Assembly (NCBI RefSeq): GCF_963921235.1 | Contig: NC_086097.1 | Span: 252,280,001-252,344,000, forward strand | Length of the DNA: 64,000 bases | Direction: 5' to 3' | From: Mobula hypostoma | Taxonomy: Eukaryota | Part shown: positions 24,530 through 38,475 of the stretch, piece after piece | Layout of the letters: each line of letters begins with the position of its first letter | Position numbering within the stretch: position 1 is the first letter of the stretch | Translations under genes and position numbers: made by a program | Notes under the pieces: generated by a model | Databases searched by the model: none | The model's input: the letters and a program-made list of their open reading frames with translations, nothing else | Told to the model about the DNA's origin: nothing

Positions 24530-26025
24530 TTCATAGACTCGCCTTCACTACTGAGCAGGTGAGAAGAGTTCTGGGGAAACATAGAGGCTGAATGGTGTGA
24601 ACCCAAAGGTCCTGAAGGAGTGTGCTGAACAGCTGTGTGGAGTTCTCCACCATATTTCCAATCGGAGTCTCAGCCTGGAAAGGGTACAGACTGTGGAAAA
24701 CATCATGTGTGGTCCTAGTACCCAAGAAGGGCCAACCGAAAGTGTTGAATGACTGCTGTACAGTGGCTCTGACCTCGCACATCATGAAGACCCAAGAGAG
24801 GCTGGTCCTGGCTCACCTCTGACCCCTGGTCAGATCAGCCCTCCATCCCCTGCAGTTTGCCTGCCAGGAGCACATTGGGGTCGATGATGCTGTCATCTAC
24901 CTGCTAAACTGAGCCTACTCCTGTTTGGATAAGCAGGGCGGCACTGTGAGGATCATGGTTTTTGATCTCTCAATTGTCTTCAATACCATACAACCCTCAT
25001 TGCTGGGGGGTAAAGCTCTGTTCAATGCAGGTTGGCACTTCCATTATATCCTGGATAATAGACTATCTGACTGGCAGACCACAGTTTGTGTGGCTTCAGA
25101 GATGTGTGTTAGACATGGCTTTAAGTTGTACTTGGGCCCCACAGTTTGTATTGGCTCCCTTCCTGTTTACCCTGTATACCTCAGACTTTAGATACAACAC
25201 TGAGTCGTGTCATCTACAGAAATTCTCTGAAGATTCAGCAATAGTTGGGTGTATAAATGGAGGATGGGAGAGTGGATACAGGGCCCTGGTGGAGGACTTT
25301 GTCAAATGGTGCAAGCTGAATCATCTGCAGCTCAACATCAGTAACACAGAGGAGATGGTGATAGACTTCAGGAAGACTACACCTGCACTGCTCCCTGTTA
25401 ATATTGATGGTGAGGACGTGGCTGTGATGAGGACCTACCAGTAACTGGGGATGCACCTGGATGACAGACTTGAGTGAAGCACCAACACAGAGGCTGTGTA
25501 TAAAAAGGGCCAGAGTTGCCTCTACTTCCTGAGGACCTTTGGAGTGTGCAGGCCTCTCTTTCACATGTTCTACCAGTTTGTTGTCATCAGTACAATCTTC
25601 TATGCGGTGGTGTGCTGGGGCAATGGCATCAACATGGGTGATGCCAACAGGCTCAATAAACTGATTAGAAAAGCTGGCTTTGTTATAGGAGTCAAACTGA
25701 TACACTGGAGGCTGTGGTAGAACAAAGGACCCTTCGGAAAACTTGACAGTTTCCCACCCTCTGCATGCCACCTGGGCTAAACAGAGGAATGTTTTCAGTG
25801 ATAGACCAAGACAACTGTGCCGCTCCAAAGAGTGCTGTATGAGGTCATCCTTACCCTTGGCCATTAGGCTCTATGATGAGTCAATCTATACCCGGGGAAG
25901 TGATGATCCCCTCCTGTTGGACTGTTTGAGGTAACTTTTTTTATTCTTTCGTACTTATATTTGTATATCTGTGCACTTGTAATGCTAGTGTGACACTGTA
26001 ATTTCTTTAGGGATCAATAAAATAT
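24530..26025 (+). mobile_element. Rex1/Babar-type LINE, 5'-truncated and decayed
   Basis: WKTSCVVLVPKK..LND..VALTSHIMKT, LAPFLFTLYTSD, LQKFSED and WCKLNHLQLNISNTEEMVIDFRK, ending in ggatcaataaa. Confidence 0.85.
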
Positions 26026-26309
26026 CTCTATTTTTCTATCATTCATGTGCCTCTCTGAGAGGATCTTGAATATCCCTTATGAATCTGTCTCCACCACCAT
26101 TCCTGGCAGGGCGTTCCACACACTCACCACTCTGTGTATCAATAAATACTTGCTTCTGATCAACAACACTGATGATGAGTGAAGTCCAGGCACTTTTACA
26201 TGTTAACAAGACATCTTGTGTCTTTGAGGGAACACAAACTGGTTGTTGTTGAGAGATCAGCAGGGATGAGCAGCTTCAAGTTCCTGGGTGCAACATCTCC
26301 GAGGGGTGG

Positions 26310-28830
26310 GGTCTACTGCACAGGATCGAAAGAAGCACTAGCAAGCTGTAAAATTAGTACATGGCCTATCAGCGGCATCAATGGTACTTTACCAAGAGGG
26401 ATTTCTCACAGGTCGGCGGTAGTTATTTAAAAAGGGAGCTTCGAGAGCGTTAGTCCATTGTACATGGCCTATCAGTGGCTATAACCGGAGCACCAATCGT
26501 GAGTTAGCAGAGAAGGTTCAGGCACAAAAGGGAGACACTGCCTGGTGGAGCAGTCATCGACAGAGTGATCTGAGGCAGAGTAGTAGGGCTTTGGCTCATT
26601 TGGCGATATTTTAATGCAAGAAGCATCATGAACAAAGCGGATGAGCTTAAAGTGTGGATCAGTACTTGGAGCTATGATGTTGTGGCCGTTACAGAGACTT
26701 GGATGGCTCAGGGACAGGAATAGTTACTTCAAGTGCCAGGCTTTAGATATTTCAGAAAGGACAGGGAGGGAGGCAAAACAAGTGGGGGGTGGCACTGTGA
26801 TCAGAGATAGTGTCACGGCTGCAGAAAAGGAGGAAGTCATGGAGGGATTGTCTACTGAGTCTCTGAGTGGAAGTTAGAAACAGGAAGGGATCAATAACTC
26901 TACTGGGTGTTTTTAATGTCCAATAGTAACAGGGACATCAAGGAGCAGATAGGGAGACAGATTCTAGAAAGGTGTAATAATAACAGGGTTGTCATGTGGG
27001 AGATTTTAATTTCCTGAATATTGATTGGCATCTCCCTACTGCAAGGAGTTTAGATGGGGTGGAGTTTGTTAGGTGTGTTTAGGAAGGTTTCCTGACACAA
27101 TATGTAGATAAGCCTACAAGTGGAGAGACTGTACTTGATCTGGTATTGAGAAATGAACCTGGTCAGGTGTTAGATCTTTCAGTGGGAGAGCATTTTGGAG
27201 ATAGTGATCACAATTCTATCTCTTTTACTATAGCATTGGTGAGGGATAGGAACATACAAGTTAGGAAAGTGTTTGATTGGAGTAGGGGAAATATAAAGCT
27301 ATCAGGCAGGAACTTGGAAGCATAAATTGGGAATAGATATTTTCAGGGAAATGTATGGCAGAGATGTGGCAAATGTTCAGGATATTTGCGTGCAGTTCTG
27401 CATAGGTACGTTCCAATGAGACAGGGAAAGGACAGCAGGGTACAGGAACCGTGGTGTACAAAGGCTATTGAAAATCTAGTCACGAAGAAAAGAAAATCTT
27501 ATGAAAGATTCAAAAAGCTAGGTGATGTAAGAGATCTAGAAGATTATAAGGCTAGCAGAAAGGAGCTTAAGAATGAGTTTAGGAGCATAGGAGAGCCAGA
27601 AGGGGCCATGAGAAGACCTTGGTGAGCAGGATTAAAGAAAACCCCAAGACACTCTGCACGTATGTGAAGAGCAAGAGGATAAGTCATGAGAGAATAGGTC
27701 CAATCAAGTGTGACAGTGGAAAAGTGTGTATGAACTGGAGTAGATAACAGAAGTACTTAATGAATACTTTGCTTCAGTATTCACTATAGAAAAGGATCTT
27801 GGCGATTGTAGGGATGACTTACAGCGGACTGAAAAGCTTGAGCATGTAGATATTAGAAAGAGGATGTGCTGGAGCTTTTGGAAAGCATCAAGTTGGATAA
27901 GTCGCCGGGACTGGATGAGATGTACCCCAGGTTACTGTGGGAGGCAAGGGAGGATATTGCTGGGCCTCTGGTGATGATCTTTGCATCATCAATGGGGACG
28001 GGAGAAGTCCCAGAGTATTGGAGGGTTGCAGATGTTGTTCCCTTATTCAAGAAAGGGAGTAGAGATAGCCCAGGAAATTATAGACCAGTGAGTCTTACCT
28101 CAGTGGTTGGTAAATTGATGGAGAAGATCCTGGGATTTATGAACATTTGGAGAGGTATAATATGATTAGGAATAGTCAGCATGGCTTTGTCAAAGGCAGG
28201 TCATGCCTTACAAACCTGATTGAATTTTTTGAGGATGTGACTAAACACACTGATGAAGGAAGAGCAGTAGATGTAGTGTATATGGATTTCAGCAAGGCAT
28301 TTGATAAGGTAACCCATGCAATGCTTATTGAGAAAGTAAGGAGGCATGGAATCCAAGGGGACATTGCTTTGTGGATCCAGAACTGGCTTGCCCACAGAAG
28401 GCAAAGGGTGGTTGTAGACGGATCATATTCTGCATGGAGGCCAATGACCAGTGGTGTGCCTCAGGGATCTGTTCTGGGACCCCTTCTCTTTGTGATTTTT
28501 ATAAATGATTTGGATGAGGAAGTGGAATGACTGAAATGGCTAACATGAGAGGGCACAGTTTTAAGGTGCTTGGAAGTAGGTACAGAGGAGGTGTCGGGTA
28601 AGTTTTTTTATGCAGAGAGTGGTGAGTGCGTAGAATGGGCTGCCGGCAACGGTGGTGGAGGTGGATACCTCTTTTAAGTCTTTTAAGAGACTCCTGGATA
28701 GGTACATGGAGCTTAGAAAAATAGAGGACTATGGGTAACCCTAGGTAATTTCTAAAGTAAGTACATGTTTGGCACAGCATTGTGGGCCAAAGGGTCTGTA
28801 TCGTGCTGTAGATTTTCTATGTTTCTATGT
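26310..28830 (+). mobile_element. Decayed CR1 LINE with internal deletions
   Basis: APE remnant at about 26610-27240 and RT at 27866-28530 ([29 protein letters not shown]), with a tttctatgtttctatg tail. Confidence 0.88.
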
Positions 28831-29840
28831 TAGTCCGCTCCATCATGGGTGCTAGCCTTCATAGTGTCCAAGACATCCTCAAGGAGCGGTGCCTCAGAAA
28901 GGTGGCATCCATCATTAAGGACCACCAGCACCCAGGGCATGCCCTTTTCTTATTGTTACATCGGGAAGGAGGTACAGAAGCCTGAAGGCACACACTCAGT
29001 GATTCAGGAACAGCTTCTTCCCCTCTGCCATCTGGTTTTTAAGTGGACATTGAACCCGTGAACACTACCTCACTTTATTTTATTATTTCTGTTTTTGCAC
29101 TATTTTTAATTTAACAATTTTATACAATGGATATTTTTCTTTATTTATCATGTATTGCATTGTACCGCGCCTGCTGAGTTAACGAATTTCATGATTCCAT
29201 TGCTGGTGATATTAAACCTGTTTCTGAGATCTGTCCAGGGTCCCAGCACGCTGATGCAATTACCATCAGTGGCGGTATTTCATTCAGAGAGATAAGGAGA
29301 GTTGGTATGTCACCAAAGACACCGGCAAACTTCTATAGAAGTACTGTAGAGAGCATTCCAACTGGTTGCATCACCTACCGTTATGGAGCCTCCAATGCAC
29401 GGGATCGGGAAAAGCTGTAGAAAGTTGTAAACTCAACCAACTCCATCGTAGGCACAAACCTCCCCAGCATCGAGAATATCTTGAAAATACGATGCCTTGA
29501 AATGGTGGCATCCATCATTAGGGACACCCATCACCCAGGACATGCCCTCCTCTCATTGCTAGTATTGGGGGGGTGATACAGGAACTTGATGACACACACT
29601 CGATGTTTCAGGAACAGCTTCTTTCACCCTGTCATCAGATTTCTGAATGGACAATGAACTCACGTACACTAACTCACTATTTCTCTTTCTTTTATTTTAC
29701 TCTTTTTGTGCTACTTATTTAATTTTATATATTACTTTCTTATTGTAATTTGTAATTTTATATTATGCATTGCACTGTACTGCTGCCACAAAACAACAAA
29801 TTTCATTTCAAATGCCAGTGATAGTTAACATGATTCTGAA
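28831..29840 (+). mobile_element. Two tandem Rex1-like 3' remnants; similar remnants at about 42470-42880 and 43530-43850
   Basis: Recurrent catccatcattaaggac..cccagg.catgccc..caggaacagcttctt blocks followed by an AT-rich tail. Confidence 0.65.
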
Positions 29841-30779
29841 AACTTCAGCAGCTGTCAGTTCACTGATAGTGAGAGTACACCAATATTTTTACACATCAAG
29901 GAAACATCTTGCAACCAAATACCACACTGAAATGCAGCTGTGAAGGTCAGAAGACTCTAGGCAACAAAATTCATGATCCCTCACATCAAAAGAATGTGGG
30001 TCTCCAGAAAACGGGATAAAAAATACTGCAACCCATCTCTCCGATCACAATGTTCAAATAATACTTTGAGGATGAACTCAAGTGTTAAGAAAAATCTAGC
30101 TGTCTCGGGAAAAATAGGAAGTGTTAAGAGAGTGAGAGGTTTTATTTTATTTAGAGTTACCCTTCCAGCTCACTGAGCTGTGCTGCCAGCAAACCACCGA
30201 TTTAACACCATCTTACAATGATCAGTGGACCTTCTAACCGGTATGTCTTTGGACTGTGGGAGAAAGCTGGAGCATTTGGAGGAAACCCATGCACTCATGT
30301 GAAGGGCTGTTCAAAGTCCTTCCAGGTGACGCCAGAATTGAACCCCAAGTTCTGATGCTCTGAGCTGCAGTAGCATCACGCTAAACACCTTGCTACCATC
30401 TGACAGTACAGCAGAGCAAAAGGCTATTCAGCCCACAACGAAAAAGCTTTGGTTCAAAAAAATATGAAATATGAAGTCAGACATTGGAACCTGCAACTTC
30501 AATCCGGGGGTGGGGGGGGGGGGGAGTCGCTGTCCATGGTGTTGAAATATAATTAGTACATTGTAATGCTGTTTTGTTTTCCTAATAACACACAATGAGG
30601 GAACACAGTTATCATTGCTATCACCTTAGTGCAGAAGTTATTAATAACATAAGATATAGGAGCAGGATTAGGCCATTCGACAATTGAATCTGTTCTACCA
30701 TTCGATTATGGTTGATTTATTTTTCTTCTCAATGCTGTTCCCCAGACTTCTCCCCATAACCTTTGACACACTAATCAGA

Positions 30780-32560
30780 GTCATAGAAAAGTACAACACA
30801 GAAGCAGGCCTTTCAGCCCATCTAGTCCATGAGGAACCATTTAAACTTTATAATCCCATTGACCATCGCCCTCCATACCACTACCATCCATCCACCTATC
30901 CAAACTTCTCTGAAACGTTGAAATCCAGCTTGCATTCACAACTGTACTGGCAGCTCATTCCGCACTCTCACAATCCTTTGAGTGAAGAATTTTCCCCTCA
31001 TGTTCTCCTTAAATTTTTCACATTTCATCCTTAACCCCTGAACTCTGGTTGTGGTCCCACACAACATCAGTGGAAAAGGCCTGCTTGCATTTACCCTATC
31101 TATACCCCTCATAATTTTGTCTACCTCTATCACATCACTCAGTCTTCTTTCTTCTAAGGAATAAAGCCCTAATCTCTTCAATTGTTCCTTATAACTCAGA
31201 TCCTCCAGTCCTGACAACTTGCTTGTAAATTTTCTCTGCACTCTTTCAACCTTGTTTACATCTTCCCTGTAGCTAGCTGCACACAGTACTCCAATTTAGG
31301 CCTCACCAATGTCTTATACAACTTCAACATAACATTATACCTCCTGTACTCAGTACTTTGACTTATGAAGGCCAAAGCGCCAAAAGCTTTCTTTACAACC
31401 CTATTTACCTGTCAATGAATTATGTACCTGTATTCCCAGATCCCTTTGTTTTACCACACTTCTCAATACCCTATCCTTCACTGTGTAAGACCTACCCTGC
31501 TTATTCCTACTGAGGTGTAGCACCTTGGACTTGTCTGCAATAAATTCCATCTGCCATTTTTCAGCCCATTTTTCCAGCTGGTCCAGATCCTGGCTGCAAG
31601 CCATGATAGTCTTCCTCACTGTTCACTACACCCTAATCTGGGTGTCGTCTGCAAATTTGCTGATCCACTCAACCACATTATTATCTAGGTCATTGATATG
31701 GATGACAAACAACAGCAGACCCAGCACTAATCCTTGTGGCACTCCATTAGTTACAGGCTTCTAGCAAAGAGGCAACCATCTGCTACCACTCTCTGGCTTC
31801 TCCCACAAAGACAATGCCTAAACCAATTTACTAGCTCATCTTGAATGCTGAGTGACAGAACCTTCTTGACCAACTTCCCATGTAGGATCTTGTCAAATCC
31901 CTTACTGAAATCCATGTAAGACAACATCCACTGCCTTGCCTTCATCCACTTGCCTGGTATCTTCCTCGAAAAATTCTATAAGATTGATTAGACATGACCT
32001 ACCATGCACAAAACCATGCTGACTATCCTTAATCAATCCTTGTTTATCCGTATACTTAAATATCCAGTCTGTCAGAATACCTTCCAATATCCTCCAGTCC
32101 TCTGGTACCTCACCTGTTGCTAAGAATGATTTAAATATCTCTGCCAGGGCCCCTAAAAGTTCTGCAATTGCCTCCCGAGGGTACACCTTGTTAGGCCCTG
32201 GGGATTTGTCCTCAGGACAGTAAACACCTCCACCTCTGTAATCTGTCTGGGTCCATGAAGTTGATGCTGCTTTGCCTCACTGTTACAAATTCTGTATCCA
32301 TCTCTTGAGTAAATACAAATGCAAGATACTTATTTAAGATCTCCACCATCTCTTTTGGCTCCATACATGGATTACCATTCTGATATTCTAGAGGACCAGA
32401 TTTGTCCCTTGAAATCCTTTTGCTTTTAACAAATCTGTAGAATCCCTTAGGATTCTCTTTCGACTTGACTGCTAGGGGAACCTCATGCCTTCCTTTCGCC
32501 CTGCTGATTTCTTTCTTAAGTGTTTTCTAGTGCATTTCTTATTCTCCATATGCCTCCCTT
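30780..32560 (-). mobile_element. Decayed CR1 LINE
   Basis: Minus-strand ORF fragments SQHGFVHGRSCL, MDFSKGFD, WQMEF and FFTQRIV. Confidence 0.85.
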
Positions 32561-32645
32561 GTTGGGGGAAGGAGGAAAGCTCCTTTGTTTGGCCCAGGCA
32601 CTATTCCGTCAGGTACGACACACTGTCACGGAAGGGTCGTGTTAT

Positions 32646-33070
32646 CCATCATCGTCGTGGCTATCCCTCGAGGTCGAGGATGATGGTCTTCATTCTGAAG
32701 AAGTGGCCCACAGAGTGAAGACGCCTGTGCGTGTATTTGTTTAACGTGTACTTGATGTTGCACTCCAAGAAGCACACGATACTTCACAAATCAACCAACT
32801 GATTCCAATGGCACGGAAACCACGACGATTGGAGCTGATGGATTTGTTGCAGCCTTCATCCGCCTTCACAGCCGTTGAGTTCGAAGTAACTTCATCCGCC
32901 TGTTCCACCGTTGAGGTCTTGGTTGGATTGTTCTTTGTCAGGGACCTCACCCTTGACCTTACCGCCATGGGTGACCCTACCAGGAGCATAGCTCCAGACG
33001 GTATTGCTCTCGGGATCAGAGGACCGCACAAGCTTCTCCACCACGACAAGGTGACAATCCACGGAGAAGA
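32646..33070 (-). mobile_element. Short non-coding RTE-derived element (RTE-type 5' UTR joined to a short repeat tail)
   Basis: The minus strand starts with CACCTTGTCGTGGTGGAG..CTCCTGGTAGGGTCACCCATGGC..AGGTC, recalled as an RTE/Expander-type 5' UTR, and ends in GACGATGATG. Degenerate flanking duplication ggtcgtgttat / ggtcattgttat. Confidence 0.6.
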
Positions 33071-34712
33071 GGTCATTGTTATATTCATGAGTTGATTCTT
33101 TTTCTCCAGTAAATATCAAATGCTGTTGTTATCAGATTCAGCTATCTATATATTACTAAAATTCGCATTCTGTTTATCTGTTTGTCAGTTTGTCTGTTTG
33201 TGCCCTCAAATTAGCCCAAACAATGCATTACAGCAGCACTTCTTTGACTAACTTACAGAATGCATGCAAAGGTCAGGGTTATATTCGTATAGGTCAAGGT
33301 TATATTTGTATAAAATTGCTCGCTTGTCAACACCCGATTCCAGCTTTCATGGAAACCGCGATGCGACACCACGACGCATGCACACGGCCAGCTTCAGCAA
33401 TGCCTCACGATGCTCACAGCAGTGACACCAACCGCAGCAAAAGGGCAGGGCAGCTCTATTTCGAGGAGTCACATTCTGCTAATCACCATCAGCATGTGCA
33501 GGATTGGGACAGATCAAACTGCGACCCATCAATAAGAGATAATTAAATCTTACTGTAATGAAGTACTTCGAAACACCCATCAAACCTTTTACTGCAGTCA
33601 AAGGACAGCGGTGACTATATCACGTCCATTTTGGAGAGCACCAACCACATCATCAAGAGAAATCAGCATCCTGGAGGCTTTGGTGTTACTGCTTCGTATC
33701 TTCTATCCAGCATTATGGTAAAAAAATATGGTCAGCCTAATTGAGAGGCATCATAGACAAGCTCTTCTGTATTTCCAAGACAAACTTGAGAATTTGGGCA
33801 AAACACTTGAAGAATATAACTTGCCGACACCAAGAAACGGTACAATTACTCAAAGTGCTGGCAATCTGGAATTATTGCGTGAACTGTAATACAACAGAGA
33901 CGAACAGCAGGAATTTGTTTCACAGAAGGAGCCCCTATTGAAAAATGAGCAAAGAGAAGTATATGAATATATGTGTGACTGCTTGGAAAGGAATCTCTCT
34001 TCAATGATTTTCATTGATGTCCCAGGAGGAACGGGTAAGAGAAGATCCTGGCTAAAGTTAGGAGAGATGGAGGTGTTGCTATTGCTGTAGCATCATCAGG
34101 TATTGCAGCAACATTGATGCCTGGTGGTAGGACAGCACATTCACGATTCAAAATACCCCTCAAAGTCAATGAAAGTGGCCTTTGTAACATTGATAAAAAC
34201 ACCACTACTGCAAATTTACTCCAAAATGTGAGGCTTATTGTCTGGGATGAGTGCCCCATGATCAGGAGGGAGAGCTTTGAAGCCGTGGACTGGACTCTTC
34301 ATGACGTATGCGGGAAAAATGAGGCCTTCGGGGGTATTTTAACCATTTGCTGTGGCGATTTCCGTCAGCTTCTCGCAGTTGTGAAACGAGGAAATGATGC
34401 TGATGTGGAGAATTCATGCATAAAAAAATCATACTTATGGAGATGCTTCATCAAGTTTCAATTGAAGAGAAACATGTGATTGAGTGAGGTAGAAGGACGA
34501 TATTCTGAGTTCTTATTGGATGTTGGAGAAGAAAAGATTAAGAAAAATGAAAACGATGAAATCGAATTGCCTGAAGATGTGATTCTGCCAGCAAAAACTA
34601 TGTATTGATTTCATCTACCTGACATTCAACAATCTTGCAGAACTGCTCTCGAGGAATTCTGTCTTGGTTCCTCTCAATGAAATGATGCAAAAAATAAACT
34701 TCACATGCATTA

Positions 34713-35710
34713 ACACATCAAAATTGCTGATGAACGCAGCAGGCCAGGCAGCATCTCTAGGAAGAGGTGCAGTCGACGTTTCAGGCCGAGACCCTTCGTC
34801 AGGACTAACTGAAGGAAGAGTGAGTAAGGGATTTGAAAGTTGGATGGGGAGGGGGAGATCCAAAATGATAGGAGAAGACAGGAGAGGGAGGGATGGAGCC
34901 GAGAGCTGGACAGGTGATAGGCAAAAGGGGATACGAGAGGATCATGGGACAGGAGGTCTGGGAAGAAAGACAAGGTGCGGGGGGACCCAGAGGATGGGCG
35001 AGGGGTATATTCAGAGGGACAGAGGGAGAAAAAGGAGAGTGAGAGAAAGAATGTGTGTATAAAAATAGGTAACAGATGGGGTACGAGGGGGAAGTGGGGC
35101 ATTAGTGGAAGTTAGAGAAGTCGATGTTCATGCCATCAGGTTGGAGGGTACCCAGACGGAATATAAAGTGTTGTTCCTCCAACCTGAGTGTGGCTTCATC
35201 TTTACAGTAGAGGAGGCCGTGGATAGACATGTCAGAATGGGAATGGGATGTGGAATTAAAATGTGTGGCCACTGGGAGATCCTGCTTTCTCTGGCAGACA
35301 GAGCGTAGGTGTTCAGCAAAGCGGTCTCCCAGTCTGCGTCGGGTGTCGCCAATATATAAAAGGCCACATCGGGAGCACCGGACGCAGTATATCACCCCAG
35401 TCGACTCACAGGTGAAGTGTTGCCTCACCTGGAAGGACTGTTTGGGGCCCTGAATGGTGGTAAGGGAGGAAGCTTACACGGATAAGTGCCAGGAGGGAGA
35501 TCAGTGGGGAGGGATGGGGGGGGGAACGAATGGACAAGGGAGTCGCGTAGGGAGCGATCCCTGCGGAAAGCAGAGAGAGGGGGGAGGGAAAGATGTAAGG
35601 CCTGAAACGTCGACTGCACCTCTTCCTAGAGATGCTGCCTGGCCTGCTGTGTTCACCAGCAACTTTGATGTGTGTTGCTTGAATTTCCAGCATCTGCAGA
35701 ATTCCTGTTG
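34713..35710. mobile_element. Penelope-like element (minus arm with GIY-YIG plus a short inverted plus arm), 13-bp TSD
   Basis: GIY-YIG ORF 35102-35428 on the minus strand. ttcacatgcatta occurs at 34700-34712 and 35711-35723. Confidence 0.92.
34770..34807 (-). ncRNA. Minimal type I hammerhead ribozyme motif with an intact core, within Penelope
   Basis: Minus strand reads TAGTC-CTGACGA-AGGGTCTCGGCCT-GAAAC-GTC-GACTG. Confidence 0.75.
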
Positions 35711-36130
35711 TTCACATGCATTAGACATGCTTCCCCGGAATTATGAAAGAATACTGTTCCTTCAATACCATGAGTGAAGGAGCTAACGCCACTCATTTTC
35801 CAACAGAATTCCTTGATTCAGTCAAACTCTTTGAATTGCCACCACGTAAACTGGAATTGAAGAGGGGACCTCCCATCATTTCAATGAGGAACTTGGATCC
35901 ACCAAGGCTTTACAATGGAACGCGAATGATGGCGGAAGAACTGCACGACAATCTCATCATAGCAAAGGTAAACATTGGTGCATTCAAAAATGATGTTGTC
36001 ATGATCCCAAGAATTACTCTCAGTTTATCAGAAGGGGAGGATATCCCTCTTCAGCGGAGCCAGTTCCCGATACACTCATGCTTTGCTATGACTATACATA
36101 AGGTGCAAGGCCAAACTATGGAGAATGTGT

Positions 36131-37143
36131 TAGAACATAGAACCACAGAACATGACAGCAGAGAAAACAGGCCATTTGGCCCTTCTAGTCTGTGCCGAAA
36201 CATTACTCCGCTAGTCCCATTGACCTGCATCCAGTCCATAACCCTCCAGACCTCTCCCATCCATGTACCTATCCAATTTATTCTTAAAACTTAAGAGTGA
36301 GCCTGCATTTACCACGTCAGATGGCAGCTCATTCCACGCTCCCACCACTCTCTGAGTTAAGAAGTTCCCCCTAATGTTCCCCCTAAACCTTTCCCCTTTC
36401 ACCCTAAAGCCATGTCCCCTCGTATTTATCTCTCCTAGTCTAAGTTGAATGAGCCTACTCACATTTACTCTGTCTATACCCCTCATAATTTTGTAAACCT
36501 CTATCAAATCTCCCCTCATTTGTCTATGCTCCAAGGAATAAAGTCCTAACCTGTTCAATCTTTCCCTGTAACTCAACTCCTGAAGACCCGGCAACATCCT
36601 AGTAAATCTTCTCTGCACTCTTTCAATCTTACTGATATCCTTCCTATAGTTAGGTGACCAGAACTGTACACAATACTCCAAATTTGGCCTCACCAATGTC
36701 TTATACAACCTCCCCATAACATCCCAACTCCTATACTCAATACTTTGGTTTACGAATGCCAGGATGCCAAAAGCCTTCTTTACAACCCTATCTACCTGTG
36801 ACACCACTTTCAGGGAATTATGTATCTGAACTCCCAGATCTCTTTTGTTCCTCCGCACTTCTCAGTGCCCTACTGTTTACACTGTATGTCCTACCTTGAT
36901 TTGTCCTTCCAAAATGCAACACCTCACACTTGTCTGCATTAAATTCCATCTGCCATTTTCTGGCCCATTTTTCCAGTTGGTCCCATTATCCATAAATTAT
37001 TCCATAATAATTTTTCCCATTATCCCTCTGCAAGCTTTGAAAGCCTTCCTCACTGTCCACAACACCTCCAATCTTAATGTCATCAGCAAACTTGCTGATC
37101 CAATTTACCACATTATTATCTAGATTATTGAGATAGACAACAA
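36131..37143 (-). mobile_element. 5'-truncated CR1 inserted into the Helitron helicase
   Basis: ORF 36211-36858 on the minus strand (DLGV, LEYCVQFW, MRGDLIE). The helicase frame stops at ENVL and resumes at LIYLEKP. Confidence 0.9.
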
Positions 37144-38475
37144 TTGATTTATCTGGAGAAACCGGTATTCCGGCATGGTCAGCTATATGTGGCTTTAAGC
37201 CGGGGAAAAAGAAATGAAAACATCAGTGTATTCTTGAAGGGTGGCAGATCAACCAGAAATGTTGTCATCAAAAGTGTCCTTCGTTAAACAAGGAGGATCT
37301 ATATTTGTCTTGCTGCATGTCTTTCTTCTTTAATAAACTGAGTTTTTCTTCTTTAATTTCCAAAGCAAAGTGATAGCAATAGCATTCAGGGAAATTTAAT
37401 GTTCATTCTGGTCACATCAGACTGCACTAGCCTTCTCTCAAAGGGTGCCCCAATGGGTCACTGGATTTCCTAGAGACCTCTAACAGGGAAGCAGTTAGCA
37501 TTACTGATGTAAGTTCAATTCCCATTGCTGTCTGTAAGGAGTCTGTACATTCTCCCTGTAATCCTGTAACCGTGTGGGCTTCCTCCAGGTGTTCCAGTTT
37601 TCTCCCACAGTCCAACGTGATCATAATGTGACTGAATTCATACCAGGAGAAACAAAAGTCAGATGTATCAGTGTCACAATGGAATAAAAGGAACTACAGA
37701 GGCATGAGAGAGGAGCTTGCCCAGGTGAACTGGAGGGGGACACTGGTGGGGACGATGGCAGAGCAGAGATGCCTGAAGTTTCTGGGAATAGTTCACAAGG
37801 CACAGGATAGATATGTCCCACAGAAGAATTTCTCAAGTGGCAGGGGTAGGCACCATGGCTGACAAAGGAAGTTAAAGACTGCATAAAATGCAAGGAAAGG
37901 ACATATCAGGTAGCAAAAGTGAGTGGGAAGTTGGATGACTGGGAAGCTCTTAATGTCCAACAAAATGCAACTGAAAAGTTATAAGAAGGGAAAAGATGAA
38001 ATATGAGGGTAGACTAGCCAATAATATAAAGCAGGATACCAAAAGTTTTTTCAGTTATATAAAGAGTAAAAGGGAGGTGAGAGTTGATATTGGATCACTG
38101 GAAAATGATGCTGGTGAGGTAGTAATGGGGGACAAAGAAATGGCAGATGAACTTAATGGGTACTTTGCATCTGTCTTCACTGTGGAAGACACCAGCAGTA
38201 TGCCAGAGGTCTGTGAGTGTCAGGGGGCAGGAATGAGTTCCATTGCTATTACAAAGGAAAAAGTGCTAGGCAAACTGAAAGGTCCTAAGGTGGATAAGTC
38301 ACCTGGACCAGATGGACTACATCCCAGAGTCCTGAGAGAGGTTGCTGAAGAATTAACAGATACATTGGTCATGATCTTTCAAGAATCACTTGATTCTGGC
38401 ATGGTCCTGGAGGACTGGAAGATTGCAAGTGTCACTCCACTCATTAAGAAGGGAAGAAGGCAAACAAAAGGAAAT

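Larger units (their letters stand above)
33145..37473 (+). mobile_element. Decayed Helitron with PIF1 helicase remnants, interrupted by Penelope (34713-35710) and CR1 (36131-37143)
   Basis: 5' end a|TCtatatattactaaaa. PIF1 motifs PGGTG, ASSGIAA..GGRTAHSRFKIP, IVWDE, GDFRQ, MRNLDPPRLYNGTR, FAMTIHKVQGQT and PVFRHGQLYVALSR (stop at 37285-37287). 3' hairpin at 37445-37461, then CTAG at 37470-37473. Confidence 0.85.

Noticed and set aside
34114..36130. Host PIF1 helicase gene
   Set aside because: It is intronless, frameshifted, interrupted by retroelements and bounded by Helitron-type termini.
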